Below, piece after piece: positions 29,829 through 39,567 of a DNA stretch of 64,000 nucleotides. Location of the stretch: assembly GCA_963662795.1 (NCBI GenBank), contig OY759746.1:3296001-3360000 (forward strand), written 5' to 3'. Positions within the stretch are counted from its first letter, which is position 1. The number at the start of each line of letters is the position of its first letter. Below the pieces are notes generated by a model. The model worked only from the letters and a program-made list of their open reading frames with translations, was not told the DNA's origin and made no database searches. The translations under genes were made by a program, and so were the position numbers. The stretch comes from Spirochaetia bacterium (lineage in GTDB: Bacteria; Spirochaetota; Spirochaetia; CADAEX01).

Positions 29829-30538
29829 ACATGCTTGGGTTATACAAGAAAGAACTTAAATCATATTTCAATTCACCGATTGCGTACCTGGTAGTCCTTT
29901 TTTTTGTTGTCTTTTCTAATGTATATTTTTTCTTTTTCAATCAGTTTTTTTCAAAAAACATAGCAACTTTAAGAGGATATTTCGCGCTTATGCCGGTTAT
30001 TTTTATTATTCTCATTCCTTCGATAACCATGAGATCCTGGGCAGAGGAAAAGAAAACAGGAACAGATGAGCTGCTTTTAACGCTTCCTTTAACAGACTGG
30101 CAGCTTGTTATGGCAAAATTTTTAAGCTCATTTGTTCTTCTTTCAATAATGCTTGGAGCGACACTGTTTGTTCCTTTTACTGTAAATGTGCTTGGAGATT
30201 TCGAAACAGGACAGATAATTGGTGAATATATCGGAGCCCTGCTTCTTGGTGCTGCAGGTCTTGCAATAGGGCAGTTTATTTCTTCAGTCACATCCAACCA
30301 GATAAGCGCCTATATTTTCAGCGTTGTTGCTCTTCTTTTTATTACTATAATCGGAGAAGCATCAATAATATTTAATCCTTCAGCAAGGCTTGGTAATGTA
30401 CTCAGCTATTTATCTTTTTCGTTCCATTTTGAATCTTTCAGAAAAGGATTACTTGATACCAGGGACCTTCTTTATTTCCTGATTATCATCTTTTATTTCC
30501 TGTATCTGAATATTAAAGTCATAAAAATTAGAAAATAG
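29825..30538 (+). CDS. ABC-2 permease (GldF-like)
   Basis: KELKSYFNSPIAY, P.ITMRSWAEEKK.GT.ELLLT.P, HFESF.KG.LD.RD..YF. Confidence 0.9.
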   Translation: MNMLGLYKKELKSYFNSPIAYLVVLFFVVFSNVYFFFFNQFFSKNIATLRGYFALMPVIFIILIPSITMRSWAEEKKTGTDELLLTLPLTDWQLVMAKFLSSFVLLSIMLGATLFVPFTVNVLGDFETGQIIGEYIGALLLGAAGLAIGQFISSVTSNQISAYIFSVVALLFITIIGEASIIFNPSARLGNVLSYLSFSFHFESFRKGLLDTRDLLYFLIIIFYFLYLNIKVIKIRK

Positions 30539-30552
30539 CAGGAGATTGAAAA

Positions 30553-32067
30553 ATGCAGAAAAAACAACTAAAGGAAATTATTTTAATAGTTTTAACAACA
30601 ATAATTATTATACTTACCGCTTTAAACAGCGTAATTTATTTCAGCCGCCTGGATTTGACAGAAAATAAATCTTTTACATTATCTTCTGCGACAAAAAAGA
30701 TTATTTCTTCCATCCCGGAAAAAGTACATATTACTTATTATATCTCAGACAAAATAAAAACCATAACGCCTGTCGCGGCTGAGATTGAAGATCTTCTTAT
30801 GGAATATGCTGCCCATTCGAAAGGAAGTATTGATACAGTTTCCATTGATCCAGGGAAATATAATCTTACCACCAAGGCTCAGAATCTTGGCATTCAGCCT
30901 CAGCAGGTTGAAGTTGTTGAAAAGAATGAACAGACCTATGCAATGGTTTACTCAGGTATAACAATACAGTATCTGGATAAATATGAGACAATCCCTTTTA
31001 TATTGAATCTTGAGACGCTGGAATACGAACTTACAAGTAAGATAAGAAAGATGGTCGAAAATCTCGATCCTTCCATTGGTATTCTGATTGGCGATTCAAG
31101 AAGAACTATGGATGACCATTATAAATTTCTGAAAGAAAAAATAGAAATGTCATGGAAACTGGATATTATCGAAAAAGGTGTTGAAATCCCCATAACGACA
31201 TCTGTTCTGGCCGTTATAGGTAACAAGGATTTGTCTGAAGGTGATATGCTTTATATCGATGAGTATATCATGAATGGCGGAAAAGTCCTGTTCTGCATTG
31301 ACGGAGTTGATGTAGACATGATGAATAATTTTTCTGTTATAAAACTTGAAGATTCTCCTGCTATCGCAATGCTGGCTAAATACGGGATTAAAATTAAAAA
31401 TGATGTAGTGCTGGATAAATATTCAAAGCGGATACCTTTAAGGGGTTCATTCCCGCTTGTTTATCCGCAATGGATTGGTATAACAGCACAAAACGTTTCA
31501 AAGGACAATCCTGTAACAAGCAGATTCGCCGGGCTTGATTTATTATGGGCAAGCAGTGTTGAAATACAGGAAAAACAAGAGAACGTAAAATATGAAAAAA
31601 TCCTTTCTTCAACCGACCAGGCATGGACGATGGAGAATAATATTTCTGTAAATCCTTATGAAGTAAGTCTTGCGGCCTCATATAAAGGAGATGATCAGAG
31701 ACAGATAGACCTAGGGTATGTTGCTTCAGGCCAGTTTAAAAGCGCTTACACAGACAGGACAGGAAAAGATACAAGAATTATGGTAATCGGAGACTCGGAC
31801 TTTCTTTCTGATATGATCCAGTTTTCAGACAGTCCCTATAATATAATGTTCTTTGAAAATGCTGCTGAATGGCTTTCAAATGACGAATCATTGATTCAGA
31901 TAAAGACAAAGAGTAAAAGAGATTTAAGACTCAATAAGATTGAAACCCCTGAAGGGCAGATTAAAGCAATTTTGTTTGTGTATCTTGTAAATATTGTACT
32001 TATACCTGTTTTAATTATTGCATTTGCGATTATCCGCTTTATCGGGCGAAAAAGAAAAGAATCTTAA
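30553..32067 (+). CDS. GldG family (GIFT/ABC auxiliary) periplasmic component
   Basis: RLDLTENKSFTLS, LEYELTSKI, D.YIMNGGK, VIGDSDF, N..FF.N..EWL, N- and C-terminal TM helices. Confidence 0.9.
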   Translation: MQKKQLKEIILIVLTTIIIILTALNSVIYFSRLDLTENKSFTLSSATKKIISSIPEKVHITYYISDKIKTITPVAAEIEDLLMEYAAHSKGSIDTVSIDPGKYNLTTKAQNLGIQPQQVEVVEKNEQTYAMVYSGITIQYLDKYETIPFILNLETLEYELTSKIRKMVENLDPSIGILIGDSRRTMDDHYKFLKEKIEMSWKLDIIEKGVEIPITTSVLAVIGNKDLSEGDMLYIDEYIMNGGKVLFCIDGVDVDMMNNFSVIKLEDSPAIAMLAKYGIKIKNDVVLDKYSKRIPLRGSFPLVYPQWIGITAQNVSKDNPVTSRFAGLDLLWASSVEIQEKQENVKYEKILSSTDQAWTMENNISVNPYEVSLAASYKGDDQRQIDLGYVASGQFKSAYTDRTGKDTRIMVIGDSDFLSDMIQFSDSPYNIMFFENAAEWLSNDESLIQIKTKSKRDLRLNKIETPEGQIKAILFVYLVNIVLIPVLIIAFAIIRFIGRKRKES

Positions 32068-32082
32068 ATTAAGGAGAAAAAG

Positions 32083-33063
32083 ATGGAATTCATCAAAAAG
32101 ATAAAAATATTGTCTGTTCTGATAGTGGCTCTTACTGCGTTATATATCTCCGGGCTGGTTTTTTCATCAGCAAATGTTCATAAGAGAAAATCCGATGAAA
32201 AGATATTTGATAATAATCTGATTGAAAAAATAGAAATGGTTAAGATTGATTCTGAGGATGGCCTTCTGAATTTCAATAAAGAAGGAGAAAAATGGGTAAT
32301 TCAGCTTGATAATAAAAATTATCCGGCATCTTCTGAAAAAATTAAAAATCTGATTGATTCTGTGTCAGATATTACTAAATATCAGGTTTCAGGTACTGAT
32401 CCAAAAAGCTGGGTAAAGTTTGACCTTGAAGAAGAAAAGGCCAAAAAAGCTGTTTTTCTCGATAGCAGTAAAAATCCTCTGTTTACCCTTTACATTGGCA
32501 AGGAAGGCCCTGTAAGCGGAGGAGAGTATATCCGCAGTTCCCTGTCAGATGAGGTATATCTTCTTGACGCAACAATAAACAGATATTTCATCCGTGACAT
32601 AAACTACTGGAGCGACCTGAGAGTTTTTCCTGCCGGGTTTGATGCCGCCTCAATTACTTCTGTAAAAATCAAATCTGATATTAAAATTGAAGATGAATTA
32701 TTTAAACTGGATTTATACTTTAAAAAAGAAATTAAAGATAAGGGTACTCCCTTTATATGGATAAATAATGCTGATAATAAAGAATCAGACAGAAACAAAA
32801 CCGATCTTATGATCAACAATATCATAACGATAAATGGAGACAGTTTTTCTGATACGGATATTACAGCAAAAAACTGTGAACTAGAGATTGAATCAGATGT
32901 TCTTGGAAGAATAATATTTGATATCCAGAAGATTGACGAGGAATCTGTAATTTTTGGTATACGCGGAAATCCTCTGCGGTATAAGGCTTCAATTTATAAA
33001 ATAAACAGGCTCCTGAAATCAGTTAATGATATCTTTGCAGAACCAGAACCAGGAAACAGTTAA
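32083..33063 (+). CDS. DUF4340 family membrane-anchored protein
   Basis: N-terminal TM; W......YPA, FDL, LYIGK....G.YIR....VYL, WSDLRVF; typical fourth gene after GldG. Confidence 0.75.
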   Translation: MEFIKKIKILSVLIVALTALYISGLVFSSANVHKRKSDEKIFDNNLIEKIEMVKIDSEDGLLNFNKEGEKWVIQLDNKNYPASSEKIKNLIDSVSDITKYQVSGTDPKSWVKFDLEEEKAKKAVFLDSSKNPLFTLYIGKEGPVSGGEYIRSSLSDEVYLLDATINRYFIRDINYWSDLRVFPAGFDAASITSVKIKSDIKIEDELFKLDLYFKKEIKDKGTPFIWINNADNKESDRNKTDLMINNIITINGDSFSDTDITAKNCELEIESDVLGRIIFDIQKIDEESVIFGIRGNPLRYKASIYKINRLLKSVNDIFAEPEPGNS

Positions 33064-34325
33064 TCAGGATTACTTTCTGAAAGCATTTTTCTGTATTTTT
33101 CGGGATCCGACCTGAAGGCTATTACCGGTGTGCCGGATTCCGAAACTGCTTTTGCAAGTGCGCCTTCTGCTTCCTTTACGAGACGTTTCCCTGAGATCAG
33201 TCTTCCGTTACGTGAACTTACTCCCGCGAATATTTCTTCAATCTCTGAAACATGTTTAAGTCTTACTACAAAAGCATTGATTTTAGGCAGGCACTCCTCA
33301 AGGTCTGTCCCTGGATTAATTATAGCGATACTATTGCTGTCGTACTCAAAGGCCATATCAGGCATGAAAAAGCTGCGAAGAAGTTCAGGTAAATTCTGAT
33401 ACAGAATATTAATTCTGGCTTTTTCGGAGGAAATCCAGGAAAGTATGAAAAGTGTCAGATCAGTATCAAAAGAAGCAGCTTTATCAAGTTCATAGCTGAG
33501 TTTTGAATTGAAGTACTCAAACCAGGCAAGGCCTGTTTTTTCAGATATTTGTATATCTTCCTTGATTTCCGGTATTTCTTCTTCCTCAACAGCTTCACTG
33601 ACTGTAACAGGCTCTTTATAAGGAGATGCAGATGAAGGGGCAGCCTGTTTTACTGAAACATTATTATGCTTAATCTCAGCTGCAGCCGGTGATTTAACGG
33701 AATCATCTTTTTCCGCAGCCGTCTTTGCAGTTTCCTCATCCTGGTTACTGCCGGCTATTTTAACAGAAATGGCTGCCTTTTTCTTTTCAGGCATAAAAAG
33801 CAGGAAGAAAATTGTAATAATTATATAAAAGAGAAGAACAAGGATTATTATTTTTATCAGATAGGCAACATCATAAAATTTAAGCGTGTTGTAAACTGTT
33901 TCAATACTTATGTTATTGCTTCCCGGTATAATTACTGTTGCAGTAAAAAGGTTGTAAAGTATCCTGTTGAAGCTGTATTCCGGCTTCGTGATAAAATCCG
34001 GGGTAAAAACCGGCTTTTTGGTTATTATACCTGTATTTTTAATATAAAGATATTCTATCTTTTCATTGCTGCTGATAACGATGGATTGAAGCGCCATGTC
34101 AGCAGAAAAAAATCGATTAATTGTATTTTTAAATGCGGATGATGAAAATTCTTCACCTGAAAGGTATAAGGTTGTAATTTCGCTTTTTATTTTATTCAGG
34201 TATCTGGATCCATTTTCCCTGCCGTCATTGTACTTGCGGCTTATTGAAAAAATGGAAAATATTATGAGAACTATAAAAAAAATATTACTTAGAATAATGT
34301 AATTGGAATAATACTTGTTTTTCAT
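33060..34325 (-). CDS. Membrane protein with a degenerate GGDEF-like C-terminal domain
   Basis: Two TM helices around a periplasmic domain and a low-complexity linker; TGL...F...L..EL..A....DLTL, GVS.RNGR....L.KEA..AL..A; the GGDEF position reads YDSNS. Confidence 0.7.
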   Translation of the reverse strand: MKNKYYSNYIILSNIFFIVLIIFSIFSISRKYNDGRENGSRYLNKIKSEITTLYLSGEEFSSSAFKNTINRFFSADMALQSIVISSNEKIEYLYIKNTGIITKKPVFTPDFITKPEYSFNRILYNLFTATVIIPGSNNISIETVYNTLKFYDVAYLIKIIILVLLFYIIITIFFLLFMPEKKKAAISVKIAGSNQDEETAKTAAEKDDSVKSPAAAEIKHNNVSVKQAAPSSASPYKEPVTVSEAVEEEEIPEIKEDIQISEKTGLAWFEYFNSKLSYELDKAASFDTDLTLFILSWISSEKARINILYQNLPELLRSFFMPDMAFEYDSNSIAIINPGTDLEECLPKINAFVVRLKHVSEIEEIFAGVSSRNGRLISGKRLVKEAEGALAKAVSESGTPVIAFRSDPEKYRKMLSESNPD

Positions 34326-34418
34326 ATAAATATTATTACCTATATTTTATGTTATGTGAATACATTTTTTTTTTCCTTTTTTTGGAAAAAAATAATAATT
34401 ATTGTATAATTAATTATT

Positions 34419-35258
34419 ATGAATGAAAAAACCAGAAAAAGGATACTGCCTGACGGATGGTATCCAGGAAGCCGCGAAGATGTCCTTGAGATTCTTGAAA
34501 GATGGGACAGAAAGAAAAAGCTTGAAGAAAAACAGAAAGCCTTATCAGTTATAGTACCGCATGCAGGATGGGTTTATTCAGGTGAAACAGCATTTCAGGC
34601 TTTATCAGCAATTCCCCGTGATATTGATACTATTGTTATTGCGGGAGGACATCTGGGTATAAATGAAAAGCCTCTTGCTGCCAAGGAAGAAACATTCAAC
34701 GCGACAATCGGCACTCTTCATAGCAATATTGAGCTTCTTTCATATTTATCCGGTGAAACTACTTTTTATCTTGACAGCTATCCTGACAATACTGTTGAAA
34801 TCAATCTGCCTATAATTAAATATTTATTTCCTGAATGCAAAATCCTCTGGCTGAGAATGCCGGCAAATTATGAAGTAATAAAATGTATAGCAGGAAATAT
34901 TTACGATTATTCTGAAAAAAACAAAAAAACTATTGCAATAGCAGGTTCGACAGACCTTACCCATTACGGATATAATTATGGTTTTCACCCTCACGGCACA
35001 GGAAAAGAAGGTCTGGAATGGGTAAAAACTGTTAACGACAGGGAGTTTATTGATTATATAACTGATTATCAGATTGAAAGGGCAATGGAACACAGCAGGA
35101 CGAATATGTCCGCCTGTTCAGCCGGGGCTGCCGCTCTTGCAGCAGAATACGCGCTTCTGAAAAAATGTAAAAAAGGAAAACTGATCAGCTATCACACAAG
35201 CTATGATGTAACGCCGTCTGACTCGTTTGTAGGCTATGCAGGAATTATTTTTGCCTGA
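34419..35258 (+). CDS. amrB: AmmeMemoRadiSam system protein B (Memo family)
   Basis: WYP, IVPHAGWVYSG, DNTVE, STDLTHYG, ACS, SFVGYA. Confidence 0.9.
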   Translation: MNEKTRKRILPDGWYPGSREDVLEILERWDRKKKLEEKQKALSVIVPHAGWVYSGETAFQALSAIPRDIDTIVIAGGHLGINEKPLAAKEETFNATIGTLHSNIELLSYLSGETTFYLDSYPDNTVEINLPIIKYLFPECKILWLRMPANYEVIKCIAGNIYDYSEKNKKTIAIAGSTDLTHYGYNYGFHPHGTGKEGLEWVKTVNDREFIDYITDYQIERAMEHSRTNMSACSAGAAALAAEYALLKKCKKGKLISYHTSYDVTPSDSFVGYAGIIFA

Positions 35259-36906
35259 GAGTTTTTTCAATCTGATTGAGACACCAGGAGCGTGTTTTAA
35301 GCAGAATCTCACCAGCCCCGTAATGCTCTTCTTTGTGCTCCTTTCTTGATGCTGCACAGACAGGATATATTGTCGTCCATAGTTCCTGCTCAGTTCTGGA
35401 AAGATTGCCGTAATATTTATTGAATGGACTGAATGGTTCGGGAAGCGCCCCCAGGGAATTGTAATAATCTTTCAAAAACATCTTCCACGGCATAAGCGCC
35501 TTGCCGGAAGCGAAAAGGTTATATTGATTAACCGGATCCATGCCCCCGGAAATATATGTAATTTCCCTTGGAGAACCTGGCGCAGATTTAACAGATATAT
35601 TATTTCTTCTGATAAACGAAATTAATGCGTTATAGTAATTATCCATTCTGCTGTTTGAAAACACACCCCTGGTTCCGGTTTCACGGATATTACCGCTCTG
35701 AGCAAATGCATAAACTGAATTTTCTGATGAGGAAAGCATGTTTTGATTATTTAAAAAATATTTATATAAAAAAGTATCTCTTGCATACGGTTTGAAGTCA
35801 GTGAAAGAATAATCAATGCCGTAAAGTGTTATATCCTGTATTCCAATTGCAGCTGCTATAGCAAGGGAGGAAAAACCTACATTGCCGCCGGAAGTATCTA
35901 TATACTGAAAATAACGCCATTTTGATGCTATATATCGTGAAAGTGGATTTGCAGATGTAAAATATATGCGTTCTCTGAAAAAACGGGACAGGAATACAGG
36001 CGAACCCAGATCCATAATTACCGGTATGTTGCGGGCTGCATAACCTATCAGATGATTATAGGTAATATGCTGACAATCTATGGAAACAACATAATCAGGA
36101 ATAATATTTCTTGAAATCAGGTACTGTGCTGCGGTATCTGATGATAAAATAAGGGTCTCTTCAATATTATTTTCAAGATGCCCTATCTGGGTCTCCAGTG
36201 AAGGCCCTGCGCCTACGATAGCCGCTTTATTTTTAACAAGCGGTAAAATCTGAACCCCTTCCGCATATTTTAAATTATTAATTATATTTTTAAACCATCT
36301 TTTCCCGAAAAAAGCCTGGCTTGTAAAATCATCTGAAATTTTATTCAGAACAACATTTATATCTTTTGTAATGGTTTCAAAAAAATCAACTTCAGAATTT
36401 GTGCGGTTCCTGAGTTTGACAATATCAAGATTCCCATAAACTGACGGAAGATATTTTTCTGTCAAAGTATTTTCAAGTCTTGTATAATCAGGATCAATTA
36501 GAAGATTAACTTTTCTGCTTGCAAATATTTCAGTCAGATCAACATTTTCAAGTATTTTTCTGAAATACTTTTTATCTGTGTCAATAATAAGAATATTTTC
36601 TACAGACTCGTCTTTTATATAGGGAGCTATGTGATAACCTCCCCCGATACCATATACAATAATAAATCCGCTGTTTTTCCCTTTCATTTCGGACTCGTAT
36701 AATTTTTCCGCTTCAAGGCGCGGATTGAAAAGGGAATGAAGCTGAATTATATTTGTTCCGTTTTTTATTACAGGTATTATATTCCCGTCTCTGGAAGAAA
36801 CAGTATCTATTTTTTTTGATGGTTTTATGGAACAGATTTCAAATGAAAGCTGAGGATCGATTGAAGAGAGGGCAAGAAGATTTTTTTTATATAATAATTC
36901 ATCCAT
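35245..36906 (-). CDS. Motility-associated factor (Maf)/DUF115 glycosyltransferase-like protein
   Basis: LHSLFNP..EA, G.GGGYHI, FGKRW..N, GAGPSLE, PDYVVSID, SGGNV, G.DYSF; start set at MDELL (36906). Confidence 0.82.
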   Translation of the reverse strand: MDELLYKKNLLALSSIDPQLSFEICSIKPSKKIDTVSSRDGNIIPVIKNGTNIIQLHSLFNPRLEAEKLYESEMKGKNSGFIIVYGIGGGYHIAPYIKDESVENILIIDTDKKYFRKILENVDLTEIFASRKVNLLIDPDYTRLENTLTEKYLPSVYGNLDIVKLRNRTNSEVDFFETITKDINVVLNKISDDFTSQAFFGKRWFKNIINNLKYAEGVQILPLVKNKAAIVGAGPSLETQIGHLENNIEETLILSSDTAAQYLISRNIIPDYVVSIDCQHITYNHLIGYAARNIPVIMDLGSPVFLSRFFRERIYFTSANPLSRYIASKWRYFQYIDTSGGNVGFSSLAIAAAIGIQDITLYGIDYSFTDFKPYARDTFLYKYFLNNQNMLSSSENSVYAFAQSGNIRETGTRGVFSNSRMDNYYNALISFIRRNNISVKSAPGSPREITYISGGMDPVNQYNLFASGKALMPWKMFLKDYYNSLGALPEPFSPFNKYYGNLSRTEQELWTTIYPVCAASRKEHKEEHYGAGEILLKTRSWCLNQIEKTLRQK

Positions 36907-38536
36907 TGCGTACTCTAGTTTTTGCAAATTCTTTTTCAAGAAATACAGTGCATTCTTTATTCAATGCTGTGTATTTTTCTTTTAAGTCCGTTAACATGTT
37001 TTTATTCATTATATGAAATAAATCAAGATATTTATATGTATCGAAATAGTAAAGAATATCTTTATCAAAAGCTGATTTTAATTCAGCTGTTATTGAACCG
37101 GAAGTCATATCTGTCAATCTTTTTTTTAATTCAGTTAAAAGATTATCCTGTAGATTGTAAATAATTTTTCTGTATTTTTTTTTATCAAGTGTCTTTAAAG
37201 AAAAATACTCATTTCTGTCCGATATATTTGATTCAGTTACCGGTTTTTCCCCGGCAATGCCAAGAGTGTCTATAAGATTGAATGCATCTTCGTTATTTAT
37301 AGGCTTCAGGTTGTCAAGCTGAACAGGAGAAGGATTAAGACGGTAGCAGTTACTTTTAAAATATGTTGAATTAAACCAGCCGGAATATGCAGACAGCTGG
37401 CCGGAAATTCTGTACCTGGAATCTGCAGATAATTTATCCGGATAGTTATATATTGCCTGATTATAATATTTGTCAAGAACAGGGTTATATCTGCAGGCAT
37501 TGGAATTCATAAATCGTTCGAAGGAGTGGGGCATGCAATGGGTTTTAATATCTTCCGAGCAAAAATCAATCCCTGCCATAATAACAGGCATTTCAGTAAT
37601 ATGAGATGCCAGAAAAAGCGCTGAGCCTGCAACCGTGCCGTTCGGATTAAGCTTTAAAAAGGGTAATTTGATATTGCCGAGAAAATATTCTTCAATAAAA
37701 GTTCCCTGATTGATTAATAAAAATGGATTTTTACAGGATTTTCCGAAATTGGCTGAAAGAGGCGATGAAAGCACTAATTCCTGATCTATTGAATAGTCAA
37801 GATGAACTGACGCATAATATCCGGGATCTGTTGTGAGGATAATATCGGGTGTGATTCCATAGTGTTTTAAAATAGAACATGAAGATGAGAGCGCAACAAG
37901 AAAGATATTTGTATATGTTTTCCTGAGCAATGGAATGGATTTTTCAAGAGAAGGGCCTGAGCCTGTAATTACTACCGGCTTTTGTATTTTTCTGATTGAA
38001 ACAATATTTTCAAGTGCCGTGATATTCCTGATAATGTTTTTAATGCATTTTTTGCCGAAATATGAAGTTGTATTGATATTTGAATTATATTCCGTTAGAA
38101 CCTGGGCCGCTATAGATGATATTGTTTTCGCCTGGTCCGGGAATGCTTTTATAACAGGTTCCCAGCTAATTGTTACCAGAGATTTTATGTCTGTTTCGGA
38201 TATTTTATCATAAAGGAATGTTTTAAGCGGTATACCGCATTCGGGATACCATAGCGAGTCATTCTTCTCATACTTATCAACAACTGAATGATCATATAGC
38301 TCCCTGTTCAGATGCAGAATAATAATCCTTGAATGGGGAAAATGTTTTCTGATCTGTCCATAAAGATAATTTAGACCTGGGAAAATGAGAATAATTACCC
38401 CGGGAGGATCTGACGGGTTAAACCGTGCAAGCAGGTATTTTTCCGCCTCTCTGACAGGATCAATTCCGGAGTGAATATACTTGTTGCAACAGAGGGCGGT
38501 TTTTTTTCCGGTTTTTGATATAATTACTTCAAGCAT
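36899..38536 (-). CDS. Second Maf/DUF115 family protein
   Basis: HS..DP.REA, FGK....N, GSGPSLE, PD....TDPGYYA, NGTVAGSA, G.DF. Confidence 0.82.
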   Translation of the reverse strand: MLEVIISKTGKKTALCCNKYIHSGIDPVREAEKYLLARFNPSDPPGVIILIFPGLNYLYGQIRKHFPHSRIIILHLNRELYDHSVVDKYEKNDSLWYPECGIPLKTFLYDKISETDIKSLVTISWEPVIKAFPDQAKTISSIAAQVLTEYNSNINTTSYFGKKCIKNIIRNITALENIVSIRKIQKPVVITGSGPSLEKSIPLLRKTYTNIFLVALSSSCSILKHYGITPDIILTTDPGYYASVHLDYSIDQELVLSSPLSANFGKSCKNPFLLINQGTFIEEYFLGNIKLPFLKLNPNGTVAGSALFLASHITEMPVIMAGIDFCSEDIKTHCMPHSFERFMNSNACRYNPVLDKYYNQAIYNYPDKLSADSRYRISGQLSAYSGWFNSTYFKSNCYRLNPSPVQLDNLKPINNEDAFNLIDTLGIAGEKPVTESNISDRNEYFSLKTLDKKKYRKIIYNLQDNLLTELKKRLTDMTSGSITAELKSAFDKDILYYFDTYKYLDLFHIMNKNMLTDLKEKYTALNKECTVFLEKEFAKTRVRNG

Positions 38537-39566
38537 TAAGAAAATCTTTCATTGCATCATTATCAGCCGGTAGATGAAAAACTGTAATAAGGTTTGTACT
38601 GTCAAAATATTTCCCCGGTATCATGTTTTTAACAACCAGGAGAATCTGATGCGCAATAAGCTGTTTATCGTTAAGAGAAGGGGCATCTTTCACAAGGCAA
38701 ATCATGTTATTATCAAGAATAAGTATTTTTCCTGAATTGAGGATAAAGGAAGAAAAGAGCCTGATAAGATTATTGTGGAAACTGCTGTTATACTCATCTT
38801 CAAGCGATGAAACCAAATGATTGATATCAAATAATGCAACAAAATAGTTGGAATAACCTTCATTTTCTGCTTTTATCTTCATAATTGAATTGTAAGCCTG
38901 TTTTTTTGGAATGAAAAAACTTGTATCTGGTTTTAGTCTTATGTTTTTATAAAAATTAAAAAGAAGATCTTTGAAAGGCTGAAAATAAAGTGAATAATTA
39001 TTTATTATTTTACTGTAATCGTTTTCATGATAAATAAGATCAGAGAAAAAGAGAAATGCGAAAGGTTTGTTGTCTGTAGTATAAAAAGGTATAAGCAGGA
39101 CAGACTCAATATTGGCAAATTCCCGTGTGGAAAAGTATTTTTCAAAAGGGAAAAGGGCTTTGATGTCAATAAGCAGATGTTTTCCCTCCTGTATATTTGA
39201 ACTTATAAGTTCAAATACCTTATCATAAGGGATAATCATTCTGTTTGTTGTTGTGTAATCATAACCGGCAACTGCCCAGGTAGTAAAATAATTGGTATTG
39301 GAATCCCGGACAAGAAGTGCGCCCTTTTTTATTCCAAAATAATCTATAAAGAAATTGAAAATTTCAAAAGGTGCTGAAAGCCCCTTGTTCTTTTTTTTTA
39401 ATCTCGATATTTCTGATTCAATGTTTATCAGATTTTTTTTTTTGTCCGGAGCTTTTTCTCCGGACAAAAGTATTTCCGCTTTTTTAAACAGACTTTGCTG
39501 TTTATGGTATTCCTGTTGCCTGTCTATTTGAATCTGCTGATTTACAATTTTTTCAAGAAGCCCCAT
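38529..39566 (-). CDS. Hypothetical protein with a GAF-like central region
   Basis: 345-aa ORF coupled to its neighbours; KGALL...F..WA..GYD.TT..RM.I, FS.REF. Confidence 0.65.
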   Translation of the reverse strand: MGLLEKIVNQQIQIDRQQEYHKQQSLFKKAEILLSGEKAPDKKKNLINIESEISRLKKKNKGLSAPFEIFNFFIDYFGIKKGALLVRDSNTNYFTTWAVAGYDYTTTNRMIIPYDKVFELISSNIQEGKHLLIDIKALFPFEKYFSTREFANIESVLLIPFYTTDNKPFAFLFFSDLIYHENDYSKIINNYSLYFQPFKDLLFNFYKNIRLKPDTSFFIPKKQAYNSIMKIKAENEGYSNYFVALFDINHLVSSLEDEYNSSFHNNLIRLFSSFILNSGKILILDNNMICLVKDAPSLNDKQLIAHQILLVVKNMIPGKYFDSTNLITVFHLPADNDAMKDFLNA

Positions 39567-39567
39567 A

